From NCBI GenBank assembly GCA_002742885.1, contig PDOO01000028.1, forward strand, positions 22,849-86,848: a DNA stretch of 64,000 nt, written 5' to 3'. Source of the stretch: Candidatus Cloacimonadota bacterium. Its GTDB lineage: Bacteria > Cloacimonadota > Cloacimonadia > Cloacimonadales > GCA-2742885. The notes beneath the pieces were generated by a model that saw only the letters and a program-made list of their open reading frames with translations, searched no databases and was not told the DNA's origin. Within the stretch, counting starts at the first letter, position 1. The number at the start of each line of letters is the position of its first letter. A program made the position numbers and the translations under genes. This document shows, piece by piece, positions 26,629-35,783 of the stretch.

Positions 26629-27930
26629 ATGAAAAAATTAGGGATTAAAGAATTAACAGACGCTTTTCATAATTTTACCGATATTTTTGAAAAAATAGAG
26701 AAAACACATCAGGTTTTACAATCAAAAATAGATTTTTTGTCTTCTGAACTGGAAGAAAAAAATAAAGCTCTCGAAGGTGAGATAATTGAAGGCGGAAAAG
26801 TTAAAAACTTTTTGAATAATATATTGGAAAATATTTACAACGGAGTTATTGTTGTTAATGTGAAGGGAAAAATTACTTTGGCAAATAAAGCTGCCGAAGA
26901 AATAACCGGTTATTCAAAATCTTCTTTGATCGGGAAATCTTATAATCAGGTTTTTAATTATTCCGATTCTAAAAATAAATCAGCTCTTTATACTTTGACT
27001 ACGGGAAAAGAGTTTCATCATCGACAAAAAATTATCAGAACGGCAGAAGACGTTCAGTGTAACGTGGAGTTCAGCACCTCTTTGTTGCGAGATGAGAACG
27101 AGATTGTTTACGGAGCTATTGAGATGTTTAACGATATCTCGGAATTGCGTGAGCTGCAATCACGAATTACACAGGTGGAAACTTTGGCTGCTCTGGGCGA
27201 GATGGCTGCAAGCGTAGCTCATGAAATTCGCAATCCCTTGGGCGGCATCGGAGGATTTGCCGGATTGCTGGACAGGCAAATTCCTGCGGAAGACCCTAAA
27301 AAAGAACTGGTTAAACCCATAATAACGGGAGTTTCGAGATTAAATGATATTGTTTCCGATTTATTGACTTTTACCAGACCTCAACGCATTAATCCGGTTT
27401 GGGTTGATTTGAACGAAACTATTTCCGGAATCGTTGATTTTTTTAAATTCAGCCTTTCCGATATGGAAAAAGATGTCAGCGTTAATTTTGAGGTTCGCGG
27501 AACAGTTCCGAATTTATATTTGGATATTACTCTGTTTCAGCAGATAATGATAAACTTATTGAAAAATGCTTATGATGCTATTGATGATAAGGGAAGCATA
27601 ACCGTTTTAACAAAAATTGAAGTTCCCGATTCCATGAATGAAATTTTAAATGAAGAAGAGAAAGAAGAATTGTTGCAATTATTCAGTTTTGTTGAAATTT
27701 CCGTGTCGGATACGGGAAAAGGAATTGAACCTGAAAATTTAGCAAAACTTTTTAATCCTTTCTTTACTACAAAGGATGACGGTAACGGATTGGGATTGTC
27801 TATTTGCAAAAAGATAACTCAATTGCATAAAGGAGATATTAACGTTAAGTCGGTTGTAAACGAAGGAACAACATTTACCATAACATTGCCGTTGTATGAG
27901 AAATATGATGAGAAAAATACTGATAATTGA
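26629..27930 (+). CDS. soluble PAS-domain sensor histidine kinase
   Basis: No TM segment. N-terminal coiled coil and a PAS-like region. H-box SVAHEIRNPLGGI, N box LLKNAYDA and G boxes DTGKGI / GNGLGLS. Confidence 0.9.
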   Translation: MKKLGIKELTDAFHNFTDIFEKIEKTHQVLQSKIDFLSSELEEKNKALEGEIIEGGKVKNFLNNILENIYNGVIVVNVKGKITLANKAAEEITGYSKSSLIGKSYNQVFNYSDSKNKSALYTLTTGKEFHHRQKIIRTAEDVQCNVEFSTSLLRDENEIVYGAIEMFNDISELRELQSRITQVETLAALGEMAASVAHEIRNPLGGIGGFAGLLDRQIPAEDPKKELVKPIITGVSRLNDIVSDLLTFTRPQRINPVWVDLNETISGIVDFFKFSLSDMEKDVSVNFEVRGTVPNLYLDITLFQQIMINLLKNAYDAIDDKGSITVLTKIEVPDSMNEILNEEEKEELLQLFSFVEISVSDTGKGIEPENLAKLFNPFFTTKDDGNGLGLSICKKITQLHKGDINVKSVVNEGTTFTITLPLYEKYDEKNTDN

Positions 27931-29284
27931 TGATGAAGTTTTAATCAGAGGATTTATTTCCGGATTTTTTAAAACTTCAGAAACATATAAAAATTGCAAA
28001 GTTGATATTGCGGTTGACGGGGAAGAAGGAATATCCAAAATACGCGAAAATAAATATGACTTGATTTTTACGGATTTGAAAATGCCTCGTAAAACCGGAC
28101 TTGATGTATTGAAATTTGTGTCGGAGCATTCTCCGGAAACCGATACTGTTTTATTGACAGCTTACGGAGGAGGAGAAAGCGCTAAAAAAGCAATGGATTA
28201 CGGAGCTTACGAATATATTACCAAACCTATTGAAATATCTGAACTTGAATTAATTATAAAACGTATATTCGAGAGACGAGATTTGATTGCCGAAAACGAA
28301 TCCATGCAGAAAGAGCTTGAAGCAGGACGAATTTTTCCGAAAATGATTTACTCAAGTAAAGTCATGACGGAGATAATGGAGCTTATAAAACTTGTTGCTC
28401 CGACTTCATCAACCGTATTGATTACAGGAGAAAGCGGAACAGGTAAAGAGCTTATAGCCGAAGCTCTACATCATCTCAGTCCTCGAAAAAAACAAAATTA
28501 TATAAGAATAAATTGTGCCGCTTTGCCGGAACATTTGATAGAAAGCGAATTGTTCGGATTTGAAAAAGGAGCTTTTACCGGAGCCGTAAAGAGGACAAGA
28601 GGAAAATTTGAACTGGCTGACGGAGGTTCCATTCTTTTGGATGAAATCAGTGAGATGAACCTTGATTTGCAATCCAAACTTTTACGAGTTTTGCAAGAAA
28701 AAGAAGTTGCCAGAATCGGCAGCGAAAGTCCCGTAAAAGTTGATACGAGAGTGATAGCTACTTCCAACCGAGATTTGACTGAAGAGATTAAAAACGGGCG
28801 TTTCAGAGAAGATTTATTTTTTCGACTGAATATTGTTCCTGTTCATCTTCCTCCTTTACGAGAAAGAAAGAGCGATATTCCGGCATTGGTTGAAAAATTT
28901 GTCAAAAAAACTGCTTTTCAAGTCGGAGTCGGTAAAAAAACAATTAAATCTGAAGTTTTTGACTTATTGATGAAATATGATTGGCCGGGAAATATTCGAG
29001 AATTGCAAAACTCCATAGAACGAGCCATGATAACTACCCGTAAAGATGTATTGGATTTAAATTCTTTTCGTTTTTTGAATGTTAAAGGCTATGAAAGAGA
29101 AGAAAAAAATAATGTTTCGGAATCGTGCGGTTATGAGGGCATGACTTTAGCTGAAATAGAAAAGGATTTAATTTATAAAACTTTGGAAAAAACCGGAAAT
29201 AACAAGACTGAAACCGCTAAAATTCTCGGAGTTACGACCAGAACTTTGAGAAATAAGCTTAATCAATACGAACAGGAAGATTAA
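27896..29284 (+). CDS. sigma-54-dependent response regulator (NtrC-family enhancer-binding protein)
   Basis: REC (ILIIDDE, FTDLKMP, ITKPI), AAA+ (GESGTGKE, EKGAFTGA sigma-54 contact loop, ESELFG) and a C-terminal Fis-type HTH (NKTETAKILGVTTRTLRNKL). The start may be ATG 27905 or 27908. Overlaps the kinase stop. Confidence 0.9.
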   Translation: MRNMMRKILIIDDEVLIRGFISGFFKTSETYKNCKVDIAVDGEEGISKIRENKYDLIFTDLKMPRKTGLDVLKFVSEHSPETDTVLLTAYGGGESAKKAMDYGAYEYITKPIEISELELIIKRIFERRDLIAENESMQKELEAGRIFPKMIYSSKVMTEIMELIKLVAPTSSTVLITGESGTGKELIAEALHHLSPRKKQNYIRINCAALPEHLIESELFGFEKGAFTGAVKRTRGKFELADGGSILLDEISEMNLDLQSKLLRVLQEKEVARIGSESPVKVDTRVIATSNRDLTEEIKNGRFREDLFFRLNIVPVHLPPLRERKSDIPALVEKFVKKTAFQVGVGKKTIKSEVFDLLMKYDWPGNIRELQNSIERAMITTRKDVLDLNSFRFLNVKGYEREEKNNVSESCGYEGMTLAEIEKDLIYKTLEKTGNNKTETAKILGVTTRTLRNKLNQYEQED

Positions 29285-29292
29285 AATAAATT

Positions 29293-31002
29293 ATGCTTGC
29301 TTTTTTTATTGACTATAAACTTAAAAGTTATGAAAAAAAAATAAAGTATGCCATAGATTACGTGTGTTCCGTTTGCGGGTTTAATTATCGATATATCCTT
29401 AAAATGAGCGAATTAATGCCGAATGACATTCTTCTTTGTTATTCTTTGAATGAACCGACAAGCGAAGAATTGGCAAGGATCTCCGTAACGGGAATTACTT
29501 TTTATATTCCGGCTAACTTTATTTTGTTTGATTCTAAAGAATTTATTAAGTTTGTTAAAGGAAATCCGCGCAATTATCTTTATGAATTCAGATTGGATCA
29601 GAAAATTCCTGTTTTCGGAGAAAAACGATTTAAAAACCCGTTAAATCGTTATTCTTTGGGAGATGTTTTTATAGGAAAATTTAATTTTGATTTTTTCGGC
29701 AATATCTTTTTTAATTTAAATCTTTTGGAAGAGAGGCTTATTGGAGAAAAAAAAGATGCTCAAGGAAAATATCCGGATTCTTCTTATCTCTTGGGTGATT
29801 ATACCGATTATCCTTATATAAACGCATTAATTAAATTATTTGAGAATTTTATAGAAGAAGGAATTTCCGTATCAGGTCAATATCTTCTCAAAAAAGAAGT
29901 TTGGCCGGAAAAAGAAGAATTTGCCGTTGCCGTTATGCATTCTCTGAAGTCTTATCGAAAATGGGAGGGACTCAGTATTTTCACGGCTTTTGGAAAAGAT
30001 ATTCTAAAACTTTTTTCATCCAAATACAAAATGGCTTTCAAAAATATAATCGAAGAATTTAAATATGCTTTCAACAATGATGAACCTTATTGGAATTTCG
30101 GTGAGATGTTTTCTATTGAAGAAGAATATAATATTAACACTTCTTATTTTTTCAAAACCGATTTTGATAAGTCAGGTGATAAAGATTTGTATGAATTGGT
30201 TAACTATTTGAAAGAAAATGACCATGAAATAGGTCTGTTGGCTTCCGAAAAATCCATGAAAGATGAATTGCATAAAACGGAATGCGAAAGGTTAGAACAA
30301 AAAACTGATGTTGAAATTAAAGGCGTAAGACAGGTAAATAATTTTTTTGACAGAGAATATACCGTTCAAAATCACGGGAAAGCGGATTTCCTTTATGACG
30401 CTTCACTCGGTTTTTCTGAAAAATCGGGATTTAAAGGGGGAATAGCTTATCCTTTTAATTTTTATAATTTTTATCCGGGAAGGGAAAGTAAAGAGGATGA
30501 TATTCAGCAATATAAACAATTGGAAATACCGGTAATTTTTTCTGATGATCATCTTAGAATAAATGAATATGAATATTGTTCTTATGATGATGCTTCCATT
30601 TTGCTGAGAAGATATATCGGATACATAAAAAAGTTTAACGGTTTATTGACGCTGGATTTCAATCAGGAAAATTTTTATGACATTTCTTACGACAGAACTC
30701 TTTATTCGTTCGCTTTGGCAAAAATAAAAGAAAATAATACGTGGGTTGCTCCTTTGAATGAAATTGCGGAGTGGTGGCAAAAACGAAAGAGAGTTAAATC
30801 TTTTGCAACGGAAGAAGGCATAAAAATAGTTTTTTATGATGATATTAAATCCATTACTTTTTCGGTAAAAGGCATTGCTGAAATAAATTCCGTTAAAGGA
30901 GCTTCTCATTTCATTTCAGAAAATAAAGTTACTTTTACGGATGTAAAAAAGAAGCAGGAAGCTTTTATTATTTTGGATACTCCGCCGGAAGCGGTTGAGT
31001 GA
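29293..31002 (+). CDS. large uncharacterised protein, possibly polysaccharide-deacetylase-related
   Basis: 569 aa. The FNFDFFGNIFFNLNLLEE segment resembles the N-terminal domain seen on some deacetylase-like EPS proteins, from memory and unverified. First gene after the EBP, 8 nt downstream. Confidence 0.35.
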   Translation: MLAFFIDYKLKSYEKKIKYAIDYVCSVCGFNYRYILKMSELMPNDILLCYSLNEPTSEELARISVTGITFYIPANFILFDSKEFIKFVKGNPRNYLYEFRLDQKIPVFGEKRFKNPLNRYSLGDVFIGKFNFDFFGNIFFNLNLLEERLIGEKKDAQGKYPDSSYLLGDYTDYPYINALIKLFENFIEEGISVSGQYLLKKEVWPEKEEFAVAVMHSLKSYRKWEGLSIFTAFGKDILKLFSSKYKMAFKNIIEEFKYAFNNDEPYWNFGEMFSIEEEYNINTSYFFKTDFDKSGDKDLYELVNYLKENDHEIGLLASEKSMKDELHKTECERLEQKTDVEIKGVRQVNNFFDREYTVQNHGKADFLYDASLGFSEKSGFKGGIAYPFNFYNFYPGRESKEDDIQQYKQLEIPVIFSDDHLRINEYEYCSYDDASILLRRYIGYIKKFNGLLTLDFNQENFYDISYDRTLYSFALAKIKENNTWVAPLNEIAEWWQKRKRVKSFATEEGIKIVFYDDIKSITFSVKGIAEINSVKGASHFISENKVTFTDVKKKQEAFIILDTPPEAVE

Positions 31003-31016
31003 AATGAGCAGTAAGA

Positions 31017-32276
31017 TTGAAAAGAATTCTTTTTATTTCGTATTTTTTTCCGCCCTTGGGAGGTTCCGGCGTACAGCGTCCTGTCAAACAGGTTAAATAT
31101 TTTAGAAAAAAAGGCTGGAAAGTTGACGTTGTTTCCGTAAAAGACATTATTTTTAATTCCTTTGACGAAACTTTGCTTGATGATTGCGGAGATTTTGATA
31201 TTTTTCGCACTAAAACTTTTGATCCGATGGGCATTCTTTATCTTTTCCAAAAATCAAATTCCGTCGATAATAAAATTTATAACGGCACGAAAGAAAATTT
31301 AAAATCTTTGATCAGAACCTCTTTTCCCGTGGATGAAAAGATCGGTTGGTTTTTGCCGGCTGTTTGGAAATGTCTCTTGCTTATCGGAAAAAACAATTAT
31401 GATTTAATCTTTTCTTCCTGTTTACCTGCTTCTTCCGGGCTTATAGCTTATTTTCTGTCTGAAATTTCGGGCATAAAATTTGCCGTTGATTTTCGTGATT
31501 TATACTTTTTGAATCCTTATCCCCGTTTTTTGACTCCATTGCATAAATTCATAGGATTTCAATTGGAAAAAAGACTGATGATTCATGCTGAATTTATCGT
31601 AACTTCAACCCGTTCTTCCCGAGATGATTTGATGAAATTATACGGTAAACGTTACGGAAAAAAAATAATTTATTCTTATAACGGTTGGGATGAAGATGAT
31701 TTCAAGAGTGAAGTTTCGTCAAACAGCAATAAATTTACAATCAGATTTACGGGTAATTTATATTCCAATCAAACTTCCCTCTATTTTGTAAAAGCATTAA
31801 AGAAAATAAAAAAAGATAATCCTGAATTATTGGAAAATGTTGCAATAAATTTTGTCGGAAATTATTTCGCAAATGAAGCGGCTTACTTATCCGACAAGGA
31901 GTTTAAGGAATTAATTGAGATTACTCCTCAGGTTGAACACAGAGTTGCAATCGAAAAAATGCAGTCTGCCGATTTATTGCTTATTTTTTTGTCTTCCGTA
32001 AAAAGCGACGGCGTTGTTCCCGGAAAATTATTTGAATATCTACGCTCGGGAAGACCGATTTTCGGTATGGTTCCTCCGCAAGGAGAGTGTGCGGAATTAA
32101 TGCTTGAACACGGACATGAATTGATTTGCCCTCAGGAAAATGTTGATTTGATTATTAAAAATTTAAAAAAAATTCTGACGCATAAAGAATATTATAAACT
32201 AGTTTCTCGCAAATTCAATCCTCAATATTGTCGCCGAAATCAGATGAATGCAATCATGGAAAGGATAGAATGTTAA
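31017..32276 (+). CDS. glycosyltransferase (GT-B, GT4-like)
   Basis: MKRILFISYFFPPLGGSGVQR N-terminus and C-terminal VVPGKLFEYLRSGRPIFG (E-x7-E-region-like). Confidence 0.7.
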   Translation: MKRILFISYFFPPLGGSGVQRPVKQVKYFRKKGWKVDVVSVKDIIFNSFDETLLDDCGDFDIFRTKTFDPMGILYLFQKSNSVDNKIYNGTKENLKSLIRTSFPVDEKIGWFLPAVWKCLLLIGKNNYDLIFSSCLPASSGLIAYFLSEISGIKFAVDFRDLYFLNPYPRFLTPLHKFIGFQLEKRLMIHAEFIVTSTRSSRDDLMKLYGKRYGKKIIYSYNGWDEDDFKSEVSSNSNKFTIRFTGNLYSNQTSLYFVKALKKIKKDNPELLENVAINFVGNYFANEAAYLSDKEFKELIEITPQVEHRVAIEKMQSADLLLIFLSSVKSDGVVPGKLFEYLRSGRPIFGMVPPQGECAELMLEHGHELICPQENVDLIIKNLKKILTHKEYYKLVSRKFNPQYCRRNQMNAIMERIEC

Positions 32277-33169
32277 GATATTTTATTGCTGAGGTTAAGA
32301 AAAAAATTCTGTCTTTGATCGGTTCCGAAAAGATAAAAAATAAAATAAGATATTATTATAATTACAAAACTTTTAAAGAAGCCGAGAAGCTTGAAAAAAA
32401 AATTAAACGTTTAGCCGAAGAATCAACGGAATCCGGTATTTCCGGAAAAGACGACAATTTAATTGTTTCTATGACAACTTTCGGAAAAAGGACTGATAAG
32501 GTTTATTTGACGGTTGAAACGCTTTTCAGACAATCTGTAAAAGCCGATAAAATAATTCTTTGGCTGGCGAAAGATGAATTTAATCCGAATAATATTCCTG
32601 AAAGTTTAAAAAGGTGCATTAAACGCGGTTTAACTGTTGATTTTTGCAAAAATATCAGGTCTTATAAAAAATTGATTCCGACTTTGCGAAAATATTCAGG
32701 TTATAAAATCGTAACCGTTGATGACGATGTATTTTATCCCGAAAATTTTCTTGAGGATTTCGTTAAGGCATATGAAGATGATCCCGGTTCCGTATATTGT
32801 ACGAGAGCCAGAAAAATTCACTCCGACAGAGATTACGAGTATTGGGAAAATATAATAGAACCTGAGCGCGGACTTGATGTTATGCCTATCGGATGCGGAG
32901 GTGTTTTTTATCCTCCGGAAGTTTTTCATGAAGACATTTTGAAAGAAAATTTATTTTGGGAAATGGCGAGATTCGGAGATGATATTTGGTTTAAAGCCAT
33001 GACATTGCTCAATAATTATCCTTGCAAATTAATAAAAAAACAAAAAGACTTTCCTATTGTTCCGGACACTCAAAATTATGCTTTGTGGGATGATAATTTT
33101 TCGGGAAGAAACGATAAACAGATAAAAAAAGTGTTCGATTATTATAATTTATGGGAAAAATTTAAATAA
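32270..33169 (+). CDS. putative glycosyltransferase (capsule-locus type, DxD)
   Basis: IVSMTTFGKRTDKVYLTVETLFRQS..IILWLAKDEF and TVDDDVFYP motifs, as seen in capsule/O-antigen locus transferases. Start moved to ATG 32270, which gives an ATGTTAA overlap with the upstream stop. Confidence 0.5.
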   Translation: MLRYFIAEVKKKILSLIGSEKIKNKIRYYYNYKTFKEAEKLEKKIKRLAEESTESGISGKDDNLIVSMTTFGKRTDKVYLTVETLFRQSVKADKIILWLAKDEFNPNNIPESLKRCIKRGLTVDFCKNIRSYKKLIPTLRKYSGYKIVTVDDDVFYPENFLEDFVKAYEDDPGSVYCTRARKIHSDRDYEYWENIIEPERGLDVMPIGCGGVFYPPEVFHEDILKENLFWEMARFGDDIWFKAMTLLNNYPCKLIKKQKDFPIVPDTQNYALWDDNFSGRNDKQIKKVFDYYNLWEKFK

Positions 33170-33171
33170 AG

Positions 33172-34755
33172 TTGTCGATTATGAATAAATTTTCTTCTCT
33201 TGAGATTGCCGTTTACGGAAATGATGAAATGCGAGATTCTTTGCTTTTGACGGAAGGATTTTTTACCGAAAAAATAAGCTCTCTCTCTGAAATTTTTAAT
33301 TATCCGGTTACGGTGATTTCCGATATTTGTTCTTACTCTGAAATTACTGAGTTTGCCGAAAAAGGCGGTTTCTTTATTCTTGATTCTGCTGCTGCCGGCA
33401 AGATATTTAATATTAAATATAAAACCGATAATTGCAAATATTGGGAATGTCGTTTTAAAAAATTGAATATTGCCTCTTCGATTATAGAGCTTCCTTTCAA
33501 AACAATTTGGTCGAGTTATCCCGATTCATGGACTGAAATTGATCAGGGAAGCGGAATTTTGAAAAGAACCTGCGGTAAAGGCGGATTTATTGTTTTGCCT
33601 TTTGTTTTTGAGGATTTAACGAAAAGACGAACTTTAAAAAGAAAACAATTTTACGCCGAAAGATTAGAACTTCCTTCTGAAAGAGTTGCTTCTTTTTCGT
33701 TGAAACCGGCAAGAGAAATATTATCTGCTGTCATTGAGTTTATTTACGGAGAGAAAAATCTTCCTTTGCTTAAAAAACGTCCTTATCCCGGTTTGGAGAA
33801 GAATCTTTTTTTATTCAGAATAGATACTGATTTCGCTTCTTCGGAAGATTCCGAAAAATTAAATGAACTTTTGAAAAAACATAAATTGCGAGCTTCTTGG
33901 TTTATTGATACGTTTGATGAAAAAAGAGTCAAAAATTTTTATGCGGCTTTGGAAACCGGAGAAACAGGCATTCATTGTTATCATCATTTTATTTCCGGAG
34001 ACAAGAATCAAATAGAAACTGATTTGAATGCTTCTTTGCGAGTATGCAAAAAATACGGAATTTCTCCTAAAGGTTATGTCGCTCCGTTCGGAGAATGGTA
34101 TCCCGAGCTTACGGAAGTTTTGTCGGAAAAAGGATTTAATTATTCTTCTGAATTTGCTTACGATTATGATAATTTTCCCTCTTATCCTGTAATCAACGGA
34201 AAAAAAACTGATGTTATGCAGATTCCGATTCATCCTGTCAGTCCGGGGCGTTTGCGTCGTTCTCATTTTCTTGACGCAGAAAAAAAAGCTTATTTCAGGA
34301 AAGTTGCCGAAAAGAAAATATTAAATAACGAAATTATTGCTTTTTATCATCATCCTGCTCATAAAATGTTTGACGTATTATCTGATGTCTTTGATTATAT
34401 AGGAAGCTTTAAATTAAAAAATATAACATTTTATGAATATTATAATTTTTGCAAAAAGAGAGACGAATTTAAAATAAAAACCAAATTCGAGAACGGTAAA
34501 ATCTTTTTGCGCAAAGAAATTTCCTGTTCTGAAATCGGTTTGGAAATTATTTGGAAAGGTAAATCGGCAGACGTCAATTGCGCTGATATTTTGCATCTCG
34601 AAAATATAAATTTTTCCGTTAAAACTCATTCTGAACCTGAAGATGATTATAAGAAAATTTATCGTTTTCATTGGCGAAGTTTGCTTTATGATTACGAATC
34701 GAAAAAAAGCAAGAAGTATTTTGAAAGGAGACTGAAAGAATGCGGATATTTATGA
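33172..34755 (+). CDS. large uncharacterised protein with NodB/polysaccharide-deacetylase-like core
   Basis: FRIDTDF..ASWFI and IHCYHH / APFGEW resemble degenerate CE4 motifs. The N-terminal ~200 aa are unassigned. The start may be ATG 33181. Confidence 0.35.
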   Translation: MSIMNKFSSLEIAVYGNDEMRDSLLLTEGFFTEKISSLSEIFNYPVTVISDICSYSEITEFAEKGGFFILDSAAAGKIFNIKYKTDNCKYWECRFKKLNIASSIIELPFKTIWSSYPDSWTEIDQGSGILKRTCGKGGFIVLPFVFEDLTKRRTLKRKQFYAERLELPSERVASFSLKPAREILSAVIEFIYGEKNLPLLKKRPYPGLEKNLFLFRIDTDFASSEDSEKLNELLKKHKLRASWFIDTFDEKRVKNFYAALETGETGIHCYHHFISGDKNQIETDLNASLRVCKKYGISPKGYVAPFGEWYPELTEVLSEKGFNYSSEFAYDYDNFPSYPVINGKKTDVMQIPIHPVSPGRLRRSHFLDAEKKAYFRKVAEKKILNNEIIAFYHHPAHKMFDVLSDVFDYIGSFKLKNITFYEYYNFCKKRDEFKIKTKFENGKIFLRKEISCSEIGLEIIWKGKSADVNCADILHLENINFSVKTHSEPEDDYKKIYRFHWRSLLYDYESKKSKKYFERRLKECGYL

Positions 34756-35783
34756 CGGGCTATCAAACGTTGATGATGAACAGGGGCGGTCCGACGTATA
34801 AAATTCAGAAAACGAAAGAGCATTTGGAAAAACTCGGATTGGAAGTTATTCTCTATGATATGTGGGAAAAAAAATACGGTCTCGGAAAAGGCGATATCTT
34901 CCATATATTCAGCGCGAGCATAAGCACCTACGATATGGCAAAAAATTTAAAGTCAAAAGGATTGCCTTATGTCGTTAATCCTATTTTTTACAGTAATCTT
35001 TCCGCTTCTCAAATAAAAATTTATCGTAAAGCGAGCGGATTTCTCAAAAAAGCTTTTGTTCGTTCTTATAATGACTATGATTTGACAAAATATATTTGCG
35101 ACGGAGCTGAATTTGTTTTGCCGAATACGGATGCGGAAGGCGATTTATTGCATGACGGTCTGGAAGTATCTCGCAAAAATATGCTGACAATGCGCAACGG
35201 AGTCGAAGAAAGATTTTATCATGCGACTCCCGAACTTTTTGTCAAAAAATACGGTCTGAAAGATTTTCTTTTGTATGTCGGTCATATAGGACCTTACAGG
35301 AAAAACACGCTTCGGATTTTGAAAGCGGCGGAAAAAATTGATCGTCCTTTTGTTTTGATTGCCGATATGTTGAAAGACGGCGAAGCTCCCGCTTGTCGAG
35401 AAATTATAGAAAGAAACAAGCATATTTTTTATTTGGGCTGGATGGATCATGATGATCCCATGTTGGAATCGGCTTATGCGGCAGCTGATTCATTTATTTT
35501 GTCGTCAACTTTCGAAACTCCGGGACGAGCCGCTTTGGAAGCAGCTTTGGCGGGGGCAAAAATTATTATTACTCCGAACGGAGGAACAAAAGAATATTTC
35601 GGTAATCATGCTTTGTATCCGAATCCTCGAAAAGTTGACGAAATTGCGGATGCTGCCGAAAAATCTTTTAATAAAAAGAAAAGCAATTGTTTGAGAAATC
35701 ACATCAGAGAAAATTTTATTTGGGAAAAAATCGCTTATAAACATGCGGAACTTTATCGGAAAATAAATGAGCAAATACGTTAA
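34740..35783 (+). CDS. glycosyltransferase family 4 (GT-B)
   Basis: FILSSTFETPGRAALEAALAGAKIIITPNGGTKEYF, the classic GT4 C-terminal motif. Confidence 0.8.
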   Translation: MRIFMTGYQTLMMNRGGPTYKIQKTKEHLEKLGLEVILYDMWEKKYGLGKGDIFHIFSASISTYDMAKNLKSKGLPYVVNPIFYSNLSASQIKIYRKASGFLKKAFVRSYNDYDLTKYICDGAEFVLPNTDAEGDLLHDGLEVSRKNMLTMRNGVEERFYHATPELFVKKYGLKDFLLYVGHIGPYRKNTLRILKAAEKIDRPFVLIADMLKDGEAPACREIIERNKHIFYLGWMDHDDPMLESAYAAADSFILSSTFETPGRAALEAALAGAKIIITPNGGTKEYFGNHALYPNPRKVDEIADAAEKSFNKKKSNCLRNHIRENFIWEKIAYKHAELYRKINEQIR

